A stretch of 64,000 nucleotides of DNA from a virus, in IMG/VR virus record IMGVR_UViG_3300028394_000001, positions 96,001 through 160,000 of that record. One strand, 5' to 3'. The position numbers and the translations under genes are program-made. A model generated the notes under the pieces. The model ran no database searches and had not been told where the DNA came from. It saw only the letters and a list, made by a program, of their open reading frames with translations. This document shows positions 17,903 through 26,033 of the stretch, piece after piece; position 1 is the first letter of the stretch; each line of letters begins with the position of its first letter.

Positions 17903-18538
17903 ATGAAAGTTACAATCACACAAGAATTGCAGAATTGCATTAACCTTTTAAATTCTATTCCTGCTGTAAAATCAGTTGCAGTATCTGAAGCTTCAGACAT
18001 TATTAAATCACAAATTAAAAATGTAGACTCTTTCGTATTCAGTTTAACTAACGAGATGGGTAATACAATTAAATATATTATTCCTAAAAATGCGATTATT
18101 CGTGCAACAACTCATCCAGTGGAAGATTTTATGGATATTGTTAATGTTATAACACAAAGACTACAATTCTTAGATGAAAATACGAATCCAGATTGGATTG
18201 AACCTTGTTATTATAATAATATCGAAACAACTAGAGTTGAAGTGGTCAGAGAAGATATAGCACCAATTGCCGCAAATACTGAATTGCAATTATTAGTGAA
18301 TAGTTTGGAGGATCTACCTGGACTATTTAATGTTAATGTTTATTCATTAACATCAGGCAATGCCGATAGTGTATTTTTTACTTGTGATATTATTGAACAT
18401 CCTCGAGGTGGAAAAATTAATTTTGTGGTGCCTTTTAGTACATGCACAAATCTCGAAATGCATTCACAACTGATTGATAATGCAAATGAGTTATTCGAAC
18501 AAGCAAAAACAGGAAATACAACAACTAGTCAATCTTAA
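17903..18538 (+). CDS. orphan protein with an internal two-fold repeat
   Basis: ELQNCINLLNSIPAVKSV...KYIIP vs ELQLLVNSLEDLPGLFNV...NFVVP. Confidence 0.65.
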   Translation: MKVTITQELQNCINLLNSIPAVKSVAVSEASDIIKSQIKNVDSFVFSLTNEMGNTIKYIIPKNAIIRATTHPVEDFMDIVNVITQRLQFLDENTNPDWIEPCYYNNIETTRVEVVREDIAPIAANTELQLLVNSLEDLPGLFNVNVYSLTSGNADSVFFTCDIIEHPRGGKINFVVPFSTCTNLEMHSQLIDNANELFEQAKTGNTTTSQS

Positions 18539-18544
18539 AATATT

Positions 18545-19201
18545 ATGAGAATCGAGAATATTTTTGGTTATAACATAACAAGAATACAATGTACAAATGA
18601 ATCTCTCTATAGAGATAATGAAATAACCAAAACGGTTAACAATGTATTTAATTTTCCAAAAGTTCAAAGTAGAGATAGAACACTCAAGGGAGATTCTCAT
18701 AAAGGTGCAGGTCTAACCACGGTTAGTGAATCATACCTTTCTTTAGTAAATCTACCGGGTTTTGGTAATTTAACTGAATGGATTACACAGCAATTTTTAT
18801 TGGCAAAAGAACCTTTGGGGCTTGACAATAAAGGAAATATCGTGTATTATAAGAGAAGTTGGGCAAATAGGTTATTTCGTGGCGGCCATGGATTATGCCA
18901 TAATCACAATAAAGTGGATAACTATATTGCGAGTCTTACGGATTATACAAATGAAAATTTTAGACCAGATGCTGTTGGTATTTTTTATCTTGATGTGCCG
19001 GAAGCTTCATCAAATTTAGTCATAGTTAAAGATGGCAAACCTGAGACTTGGATTGATGATTATGTAGAAGAAGATACTCATTGGATACAACCAATAGAAG
19101 GAGAGTTATTAATACACTCTCCTGATGTATATCATGCTGTGAGTGTTCATCACAATAATTTACCTCGTAATGTTTTTGTTTTTGATATTGAATATGTTTA
19201 A
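18545..19201 (+). CDS. 2OG-Fe(II) oxygenase
   Basis: SWAN...HNH...GIFYL...EGELLIH...YHAV...R.VFVFD. Confidence 0.75.
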   Translation: MRIENIFGYNITRIQCTNESLYRDNEITKTVNNVFNFPKVQSRDRTLKGDSHKGAGLTTVSESYLSLVNLPGFGNLTEWITQQFLLAKEPLGLDNKGNIVYYKRSWANRLFRGGHGLCHNHNKVDNYIASLTDYTNENFRPDAVGIFYLDVPEASSNLVIVKDGKPETWIDDYVEEDTHWIQPIEGELLIHSPDVYHAVSVHHNNLPRNVFVFDIEYV

Positions 19202-19718
19202 AAAGAATCTTTTTGCAACACCAATTTGGCAAAGAATATTGCCAATTGAATTGAACAATGGATTATTAGAAGAATCTACTCAATTTGATGGTAATATATT
19301 TGATATGAACCTAACATATACAAATAAACTAAAAAACATTATTAGAGAATTATACATCAACATCAACTATGAATACATACTTGAAGAACGCACAATTCAT
19401 GGTAGACTGAATATAATAAATTATGGAGAAAATGATACACCACACAGTCACATAGGTAAATCACTTTTAGTTGGTGTCTATTATTTGGATGTTGAGATTG
19501 ATACGGGTGACCTTTTGTTACACGATCCCAGAGGTGGTGTTGTTTGGGATAATTTAGATTTTGAACCGAATGACCCTATAAAAGGAAAAACTTCCAGAAC
19601 TTATCATAGAATTAAACCTGTAAACGGATTATTAATTATGTTTCCTGGATATTTGGTACATTCAGTAGAAAACAATATGAATAAAAAACCAAGAAAGTCG
19701 ATAGTTATTAACATATGA
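19194..19718 (+). CDS. 2OG-Fe(II) oxygenase (TIGR02466-like)
   Basis: ATG at 19194; PHSH...GVYYL...DPRG...FPGYLVHSVENN...RKSI. Confidence 0.85.
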   Translation: MFKKNLFATPIWQRILPIELNNGLLEESTQFDGNIFDMNLTYTNKLKNIIRELYININYEYILEERTIHGRLNIINYGENDTPHSHIGKSLLVGVYYLDVEIDTGDLLLHDPRGGVVWDNLDFEPNDPIKGKTSRTYHRIKPVNGLLIMFPGYLVHSVENNMNKKPRKSIVINI

Positions 19719-21235
19719 AATATACAATATTGGGTGGCGGAAGTGCTGGTTGGTTAACTGCATTGTTCATTAGAAAAATTTGTCCAGATGATGAGGTAAC
19801 TGTCATTGCTAGCTCCGAAATTGGAATTTTAGGTGCAGGTGAAGGCACTACACCTCAATTTCCTATGTTTCTTAAAAAGATTGATATATCGGTTCATGAT
19901 ATAATTAAAAACGCTAAAGGAACATTTAAGAATGGAATTAAATTTACTAATTGGAATGGAGATGGTGAACATTACTATCATAACTTTCAAGATTCATTAG
20001 TAAATTTCGAAGATTACAAACACATTGATGTTAATCCCTATGCTTTAAATAACATTTCAAACCATGAAAATTTAGATAGCTTGAATTTTACTCCACTCAT
20101 ATCTGAAAAAAATAAAGTAAAATATATAAAATCTAATGATAAAGAATGTGGATCGGATGCGTTACATTTTGATGCAAATTTATTAGCCAAATATTTTCAA
20201 ACTGTTGGTTTAGAAAGAAATATTAAACTTGTTGATGATGAAGTTATTTCTGTTGATTCAAAGGACAATAAGATTGTTGGATTTAATTTAAAATCAAATA
20301 ATAAGATAGATACGGATTTTGTTTTTGATTGTTCTGGTTTTAAAAGATTTCTAATTGGTGGCCACTACAAAGGTAAATGGAATTCTTATAATGACCATTT
20401 ACCAATGAAACGAGCGATGCCTTTCTTTGTTCAGAACGACACTAAAGAGATTCCACCATACACAGAAAGTATTGCTATGAAGTATGGTTGGGTTTGGAAG
20501 ATTCCGGTACAAGGTCGATTTGGTTGTGGTTATGTGTTTGATTCGGATTTGGTGTCTGATGAAGAAATCAAAAAAGAGTTGGAGGAATATTTTGGACATG
20601 AAATTATAAGTCCAAGAACATTCACTTTTAATCCAGGTTGTTTTGAAGAGGTGTGTATAGGTAACTGTATTGCTATTGGTTTATCAGCCGCTTTTATTGA
20701 ACCACTTGAAGCGACAAGCATATGGGTTACCATTATGCAATTGACTGAATTTGAAGCGAATAAAAACAAAATCTTAAACGACTCTGGTGATTCTATTGAA
20801 TCATATAATCAAACTATTAAGGCAATAAACAGAGACATTTTAAACTTTATACAATTACACTATTTAACTAATCGTAATGATAGTGTTTTTTGGAATACTT
20901 TTAAAGTAAAAAACAAGGTATTACCGCAAATAGAAGGTCTTAAAGAATTGTGTCAAGATAAAATTCCAGAATCTCACAATTTAAAATACCTTACATTAAC
21001 AGAAAATATTAACATAGGTTGTTCGCGTAGTAACCATCGGGGTATTTTTTCCGAAACAAGTTGGCATCAAGTTGGTGCCGGCATAAAATTCTTTAAAGAA
21101 GATATTGCAAGAAAAGTTTTGGATACTGAATATCCAAATTTTAAAAATGAGGTTATATTTCAGGACTTTTTTGAAAAAAATAGTGAACTGTTATATGACC
21201 ATTACGATTACATAGAGAAATTAAAAAATGTTTAA
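19715..21235 (+). CDS. flavin-dependent tryptophan halogenase (PrnA/RebH family)
   Basis: GGGSAGW, GAGEGT, catalytic K in TFKNGIKF, GWVWKIP (WxWxIP), FIEPLEATS. Confidence 0.9.
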   Translation: MKYTILGGGSAGWLTALFIRKICPDDEVTVIASSEIGILGAGEGTTPQFPMFLKKIDISVHDIIKNAKGTFKNGIKFTNWNGDGEHYYHNFQDSLVNFEDYKHIDVNPYALNNISNHENLDSLNFTPLISEKNKVKYIKSNDKECGSDALHFDANLLAKYFQTVGLERNIKLVDDEVISVDSKDNKIVGFNLKSNNKIDTDFVFDCSGFKRFLIGGHYKGKWNSYNDHLPMKRAMPFFVQNDTKEIPPYTESIAMKYGWVWKIPVQGRFGCGYVFDSDLVSDEEIKKELEEYFGHEIISPRTFTFNPGCFEEVCIGNCIAIGLSAAFIEPLEATSIWVTIMQLTEFEANKNKILNDSGDSIESYNQTIKAINRDILNFIQLHYLTNRNDSVFWNTFKVKNKVLPQIEGLKELCQDKIPESHNLKYLTLTENINIGCSRSNHRGIFSETSWHQVGAGIKFFKEDIARKVLDTEYPNFKNEVIFQDFFEKNSELLYDHYDYIEKLKNV

Positions 21236-21893
21236 CTATTGCGCTGTACCTACACTAAAAGATATTAAGGCTGAGACTTTCCCAGATGGCCGATACTATG
21301 TAATGGAAGACGGTGCAAGATTGCCGTCAATTACGACTGTACTGGGTGCTTTAAGTAAGGCTGACATACTTGCATGGCGTAAGCGTGTTGGTTATGAAGA
21401 AGCCAATAAAATCTCACGCAAAGCATCTGGTCGTGGTACCAATATGCATAGCATCTGTGAAGCATATCTAAACAACAATATAGAGTATTCAAAGAAGGCT
21501 ATGCCTGATGCATTGGAAATGTTCAAGAGCCTCAAACCAATTATAGATGCAAATGTGTCTGATATTTGGTACCAAGAATGTGCATTGTTTTCCAAAAAAC
21601 TTGGTGTTGCAGGTCGTGTTGACTTGATTGCACATTGGGACGGAAAACTATCTATCATTGATTTCAAGACCAGTAGCAGGATTAAAACCAGAGATAAGGT
21701 TATGTCCTATTTTTGGCAAGAAACTGCATATGCATTGATGTTAGAAGAAATGATTGATATACCTGTTGACCAGATTGTTACCGTTATGGCAGTAGATGGT
21801 TCTGAACCATTGGTGTTCATTGAAAAGACTCAAGACCATATCGATGGACTAGTAAAAGCCATACAATTCTATAAAGATTCTTTGGTGGCTTGA
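21228..21893 (+). CDS. PD-(D/E)XK Cas4-like exonuclease of T4-like phages
   Basis: LPSITTVL, RGTNMH, AGRVDL, IIDFKTS, YFWQ..AYA. Confidence 0.85.
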   Translation: MFNYCAVPTLKDIKAETFPDGRYYVMEDGARLPSITTVLGALSKADILAWRKRVGYEEANKISRKASGRGTNMHSICEAYLNNNIEYSKKAMPDALEMFKSLKPIIDANVSDIWYQECALFSKKLGVAGRVDLIAHWDGKLSIIDFKTSSRIKTRDKVMSYFWQETAYALMLEEMIDIPVDQIVTVMAVDGSEPLVFIEKTQDHIDGLVKAIQFYKDSLVA

Positions 21894-21918
21894 CAAGTCT
21901 CTAATCCTGTGATACAAT
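21890..21918 (+). promoter_or_regulatory. sigma70 promoter for the RNA locus
   Basis: TTGACA-17-TGaTACAAT; +1 falls near 21925, at the first RNA stem. Confidence 0.8.
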
Positions 21919-21926
21919 ATATAATT

Positions 21927-22023
21927 AACACACTTATGAACTGGGACATGGCTCGGCTGTGCAATTAGACTAAGTTCCCACTTTGTGGGTACGGGAGGGT
22001 GGATCTCCCTGAGTGTGTTTTTT
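21927..22023 (+). ncRNA. unknown structured RNA 1
   Basis: Closing stem AACACACTTA/TGAGTGTGTT; internal hairpins CCCAC-ttt-GTGGG and GGGAG..CTCCC; U-run after. Confidence 0.55.
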
Positions 22024-22121
22024 AACACTATAGAAGATTAGATAATATCAAATCTCAGGGCTGGTACACCAGATTACTCTAGGGAAACCTAAAAGTGCAG
22101 ATAGACCGTATAGTGTTTTTT
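22024..22121 (+). ncRNA. unknown structured RNA 2
   Basis: Closing stem AACACTATA/TATAGTGTT; hairpins AGATT..AATCT, CTGG-taca-CCAG, TAGG-GAAA-CCTA; U-run after. Confidence 0.55.
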
Positions 22122-22440
22122 ATTGCTGTATGAAGCAAAGAGAAAAGTGTTCTGGACGGGGGTGCGAATCCCCCCAGGTCCACCATAAGGATTGTAATGA
22201 AAGAAAAAATATTAACTGCTATTGAAATGATTGCAGAGTTCCTAAAAGGAATAGCACAATCTTTATGATGGGCCTGCATAGTTTCGACAGGGCAAAGAGT
22301 AACAGAGTGGACAGCACGGTAGGCGATGACCGTTAATCAAGCAAAAAACGTAAATGCAAACGACTCCGCATATCGCCTAGCTGCTTAAGCTAAGCTGAGG
22401 TTTCGCCGACTGTCCTTATTATCCAATCAGTCGGCAATTT
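22122..22440 (+). ncRNA. ssrA: circularly permuted (two-piece) tmRNA
   Basis: Acceptor piece: T-arm GGGGG-TGCGAAT-CCCCC plus CAGGTCC-A-CCA ending 22185. Coding piece starts GGGCCTG at 22270 (G3:U70 pair), then TTTCGAC. Helix 2 CAGGGCA/TGTTCTG. Tag 22356-22388 = ANDSAYRLAA*. Outer ends approximate. Confidence 0.92.
22197..22268 (+). CDS. 23-aa amphipathic peptide in the tmRNA intervening segment (MKEKILTAIEMIAEFLKGIAQSL)
   Basis: SD AAGGA 22187-22191, ATG 22197, TGA ending 2 nt before the tmRNA 5' G. Confidence 0.5.
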   Translation: MKEKILTAIEMIAEFLKGIAQSL

Positions 22441-22461
22441 GTTCAACAAAAGGAGAAAATT

Positions 22462-22905
22462 TTGATTAAAAAACTCGTACTTATCGCATCCCTTATGGGT
22501 GTATTTGCAAGCGCACAGGCTTTAGAAGTTGGTATCAATGATGGTACTAATCTTAGCTCAACGCAAAATGTTTGGGGTGTTACAGTAGGTGAAACTGTGA
22601 AAGGTTATAACTTAACCGCAGGCTTCAATCGTTCTACAACTGCCGACTCTTATAGTTTGGTAAATGCTGTAGAGGTAGCAAAATTTGGACCTGTATCACT
22701 TGATGCTAAATTTGGTGCTGTCTTTGTTGACAGTCAATCAGGTTCAGCTTATGATGGTTATGCCGCTACGGTTGGTGTCGGTGCTCGTATGCCTATCACT
22801 AAATCAGTTTCAGCAGGCCTTGATTACAGTTACCAAGCTGGTCAAGACCGTGTTGTTGCAGAAAACGGTAGCCGTATCACTGCTGGCGTTAAATTTAGTT
22901 TCTAA
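22462..22905 (+). CDS. outer-membrane beta-barrel protein (OmpA/OmpX/Ail-like)
   Basis: SD AAGGAG plus TTG; signal peptide ending AQA; amphipathic strands; C-terminal AGVKFSF beta-signal. Confidence 0.8.
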   Translation: MIKKLVLIASLMGVFASAQALEVGINDGTNLSSTQNVWGVTVGETVKGYNLTAGFNRSTTADSYSLVNAVEVAKFGPVSLDAKFGAVFVDSQSGSAYDGYAATVGVGARMPITKSVSAGLDYSYQAGQDRVVAENGSRITAGVKFSF

Positions 22906-22981
22906 ACTAAAAAGGGTTTAATAGGTTTTCCCTGGCGGCCGACCCGTCCAAATAACCTATCAATTTTTCGAAAGGAAACCC

Positions 22982-23533
22982 ATGCGAAGTAAAGCAATAC
23001 TTTTCAGCATAGTAGTTTCCGCAATAGTTCTTTGCCTCTCCATGGTAAACATTAATTTTAGGATGCCCCTAAAAGCTGATTACCAAAATCTTACTGAGGC
23101 AACAAAAAGGCAGGTTACATGCCTTGCAGAGAACATTTACTTTGAGGCTGGACATGAACCATTGAGTGGTAAACAAGCTGTTGCTTTTGTTACCATGAAT
23201 CGTGTACAAGCCGGTTACAGTAAAGATATTTGCGGAGTTGTTCATCAGAAGACGGGGGATACCTGTCAGTTTTCCTGGTTGTGTGACAAAAACATTACCA
23301 GTAAACGCTTGACAATTAGAGATAGTTCATTGTATAATGAAGTTCGTGAGTTGGCTGTGGACATGATTCTAAATCGTGACCTCAAGGAAGATGTTACACA
23401 AGGTGCAACATACTACCATGCCGACTATGTAAATCCACAGTGGAAATTAGAAAAAGTGAAGAAAATAGGTCATCACATTTTCTATAGAAGCCGTGTGGAT
23501 AATATTGACAGAAATAGGAATTTTTATGAATAA
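22982..23533 (+). CDS. SleB-like cell wall hydrolase (Hydrolase_2) with an N-terminal anchor
   Basis: CLAENIYFEAG.E...AVA.VT.NR...CQFSW...GATYYHADYV.P.W...IGHHIFY. Confidence 0.9.
   Translation: MRSKAILFSIVVSAIVLCLSMVNINFRMPLKADYQNLTEATKRQVTCLAENIYFEAGHEPLSGKQAVAFVTMNRVQAGYSKDICGVVHQKTGDTCQFSWLCDKNITSKRLTIRDSSLYNEVRELAVDMILNRDLKEDVTQGATYYHADYVNPQWKLEKVKKIGHHIFYRSRVDNIDRNRNFYE
23309..23338 (+). promoter_or_regulatory. sigma70-type promoter inside the hydrolase gene, driving gp33-gp59
   Basis: TTGACA-18-TATAAT. Confidence 0.6.
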
Positions 23534-23741
23534 AGAATTAGTGACATATATTGTTTGTGTGAGCATTTTAATTGGTTCTGCTATTGCAGGTTTCACCGTT
23601 TACAACCTAAATGAACGCAACAACTTTGCAAAGAACATGGAATCAGCAATCGCCAAAGGTGTTGATCCATTGTCGGTGAAGTGTGCTTATGAACAATTAC
23701 CCACTGCAACCTGCATCACATTTGCACTAGGTAAACGATAA
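23526..23741 (+). CDS. small membrane protein
   Basis: ATG at 23526; TM segment; KGVDPLSVKCAY. Confidence 0.65.
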   Translation: MNKELVTYIVCVSILIGSAIAGFTVYNLNERNNFAKNMESAIAKGVDPLSVKCAYEQLPTATCITFALGKR

Positions 23742-23962
23742 TGGCAACTAGAGAAGAAATATCTGATTTCTCCACTAGAATATTGGAGATGGCTGATGAA
23801 CAAGGTCAACCTTGTATGGATGTCATTATCCAATATTGTGATGAAACAGGTATCGAGGTAGAAATTGCAGCAACAATGATTTCTTCATTTCTAAAAGCTC
23901 GTATCCGTGAAGAAGCACAGTCGGTTAATCTAATCAAGAAGGCCGCAAAGCTACCGTTATGA
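23741..23962 (+). CDS. 33: late transcription coactivator gp33
   Basis: MDVIIQYCDETGIEVE....IS..LK.RI.EEA; gp33-59-32 synteny. Confidence 0.85.
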   Translation: MATREEISDFSTRILEMADEQGQPCMDVIIQYCDETGIEVEIAATMISSFLKARIREEAQSVNLIKKAAKLPL

Positions 23963-24561
23963 ATGAAGGTACAGGCTTTGCGGCCTTTGCGTTATATAAT
24001 GCATTGAAGTTACATTTCACATCTTCCTATGATTACTTTAAGTATCATGGGAAGACTAATGTGAGTAAAGATACCTTTTTGAGGCGTAAAGATAAATATA
24101 GCTTCTACAAGTTATCACGCAAATACTCGTTGGATGAACTCAGGAACTTCTTTGTGGCTAATTTTGTATACGGTGACTCAACTTGGGTTGGTGAAATGAC
24201 TGGACCGAATGGTGAAGATGTATATAAAAAGTGGCAAAAGATTTCTCAGAGCTTGACATATAATTTTGAATCTGATATAGTACGCATCTTAGAACAGGTA
24301 AATAGTCCTGATGAATTGATGAAGGTAAGGTCTGGTGAGTATCCTGACCTACTAGTTGGTGCGATGCAGAATTCAATTTCGATTGAAACACTGGTGATAC
24401 TGAATGATATGATGAACTTCTTTTCCATGTGGGACAAAAAGATAAGTGATGACATTATTTGGCCGTCCTGGAAATTGAAGTGTGAAAAGTATGCACCATT
24501 TATTACATACGATAAAGTTAAGTTTAAGAATATTTTAAAAGAGGCAATTACAAATGAGTAA
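23959..24561 (+). CDS. 59: helicase loader gp59
   Basis: Y.ALKLHF...YDYFKY.GK...F..RKDKY.F.KL...ISIETL. Confidence 0.9.
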   Translation: MNEGTGFAAFALYNALKLHFTSSYDYFKYHGKTNVSKDTFLRRKDKYSFYKLSRKYSLDELRNFFVANFVYGDSTWVGEMTGPNGEDVYKKWQKISQSLTYNFESDIVRILEQVNSPDELMKVRSGEYPDLLVGAMQNSISIETLVILNDMMNFFSMWDKKISDDIIWPSWKLKCEKYAPFITYDKVKFKNILKEAITNE

Positions 24562-25045
24562 ATATACAAAAATCTATTTGGACATGGACGGCGTAATTGC
24601 TGACTTTGCCAAGAGATATAAGGAATTGTTCCTTATTACACCTGAACAAGCAGATAGGAGCCGCAATTTTGCTGGTTACTTTAAGTCTTTTATTGATACT
24701 AAACAATTCGCAAACCTTGATATGATGCCAGATGCAAGGATGCTATTGGATCATTTGAACACATTAGATATTCCTGTAGAGATTCTTTCTTCTACAGCAA
24801 AACAAGATTCACATGTGGACATTTCAGACCAAAAAAGAGTATGGTTGATTTCACAAGGTATCAATTATCCACGCAATTTTGTACCAGGTAAAAGCCTGAA
24901 GTACACCTTTGCGGCACCAGAATCCATTATCATTGATGACACACTTTCTGTTATTAGTGACTGGGTTGAGGCAGGTGGTACAGCAATCCATCACACGGAT
25001 GCTGCATCTACTATTGCTTCATTAGACGCTTTATTGAGCGCCTAA
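24554..25045 (+). CDS. HAD-family 5'(3')-deoxyribonucleotidase
   Basis: YLDMDGVIADF, ILSS, K..W, IIIDD...W..AGG. Confidence 0.8.
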   Translation: MSKYTKIYLDMDGVIADFAKRYKELFLITPEQADRSRNFAGYFKSFIDTKQFANLDMMPDARMLLDHLNTLDIPVEILSSTAKQDSHVDISDQKRVWLISQGINYPRNFVPGKSLKYTFAAPESIIIDDTLSVISDWVEAGGTAIHHTDAASTIASLDALLSA

Positions 25046-25117
25046 ATACACTTATATTATGTATAAAGTGGATAATCCGTTTTAATTTTTTACACTCCGT
25101 TATATAAAGGAAAAATC

Positions 25118-26008
25118 ATGGTAGATTTCGCAAATCTTAAACGCTCTTCGGGCAATCTTGACAAACTCTCTAAAGCTATTGAAGCTTTAAACACTACAGA
25201 GGGTTCTGACAACAAAGACAATTATTGGAAACCTGAAGTAGACAAAGCTGGTAACGGCATGGCTGTTATTCGTTTTCTTCCAGCTCCGGCTGTAGATGGT
25301 GATGACGCACTTCCGTGGGTCAAACTATTCTCACACGGCTTTCAAGGTCCTGGTGGTTGGCTTATTGACAACTGCTTGACAACCAAGAACCAACAATGTC
25401 CTGTGTGTGAACACAATTCTTCATTGTGGAATACTGGTATCGAAGCCAACAAAGACATTGTACGCAAACAAAAGCGTAAACTGAACTACATTGCAAATGT
25501 CTATATCGTTTCGGATCCAAAACATCCTGAGAACGAAGGACAAATCAAGTTGTTCCGTTTCGGTAAGAAAATCTTTGACAAAATCTCAGAAGCAATGAAC
25601 CCACAGTTTGCTGATGAACAGGCAATCAACCCATTCGACCTGTGGGCTGGCGCTAACTTCAAGTTGAAGATTCGTAAAGTTGAGGGTTACCAAAACTATG
25701 ACAAGTCTGAATTTGAATCTCCTGCACCATTGTCTACAGATGATGCAAAGCTTGAGAAAATCTGGAAATCAGAACACTCTTTGAAAGAGATGACTGCTGA
25801 TAAGGAATTCAAGACATATGATGAACTATCGACTCGCTTGAATCGTGTTCTTGGTTTGAATGGTGAGACTATTAAACCTAAGACTACTGTTGAACAAATG
25901 AAGGCAACACCTGAGGCATTTAGACCTAAGGCTGTTGAACCTGAATTGTCACTGTCTGGTGATGATGACGATATGGCCTACTTCTCAAAGTTGGCTGAAG
26001 AAGACTAA
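25118..26008 (+). CDS. 32: ssDNA-binding protein gp32
   Basis: DKAGNG.AVIRFLP, HGFQGPGGW, CPVCE, GANFKLKIRKV, acidic tail. Confidence 0.95.
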   Translation: MVDFANLKRSSGNLDKLSKAIEALNTTEGSDNKDNYWKPEVDKAGNGMAVIRFLPAPAVDGDDALPWVKLFSHGFQGPGGWLIDNCLTTKNQQCPVCEHNSSLWNTGIEANKDIVRKQKRKLNYIANVYIVSDPKHPENEGQIKLFRFGKKIFDKISEAMNPQFADEQAINPFDLWAGANFKLKIRKVEGYQNYDKSEFESPAPLSTDDAKLEKIWKSEHSLKEMTADKEFKTYDELSTRLNRVLGLNGETIKPKTTVEQMKATPEAFRPKAVEPELSLSGDDDDMAYFSKLAEED

Positions 26009-26033
26009 AATTCTTTCTTTCATGGAACTTGAT

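Noticed and set aside
21228-21893. CRISPR-Cas system suggested by the Cas4-like nuclease
   Set aside because: No other cas genes or repeat-spacer array; this is the usual solo exonuclease of T4-like phages
22024-22117. Hammerhead ribozyme (GAAA present)
   Set aside because: The CUGANGA core is absent and the GAAA is a hairpin tetraloop
22150-22185. Stand-alone tRNA-Ala or tRNA pseudogene
   Set aside because: It has no D or anticodon arm; the complementary acceptor strand and a tag ORF lie downstream, so it is the acceptor piece of a permuted tmRNA
22079-22279. 66-aa minus-strand ORF
   Set aside because: Antisense to the tmRNA, with no SD or promoter support
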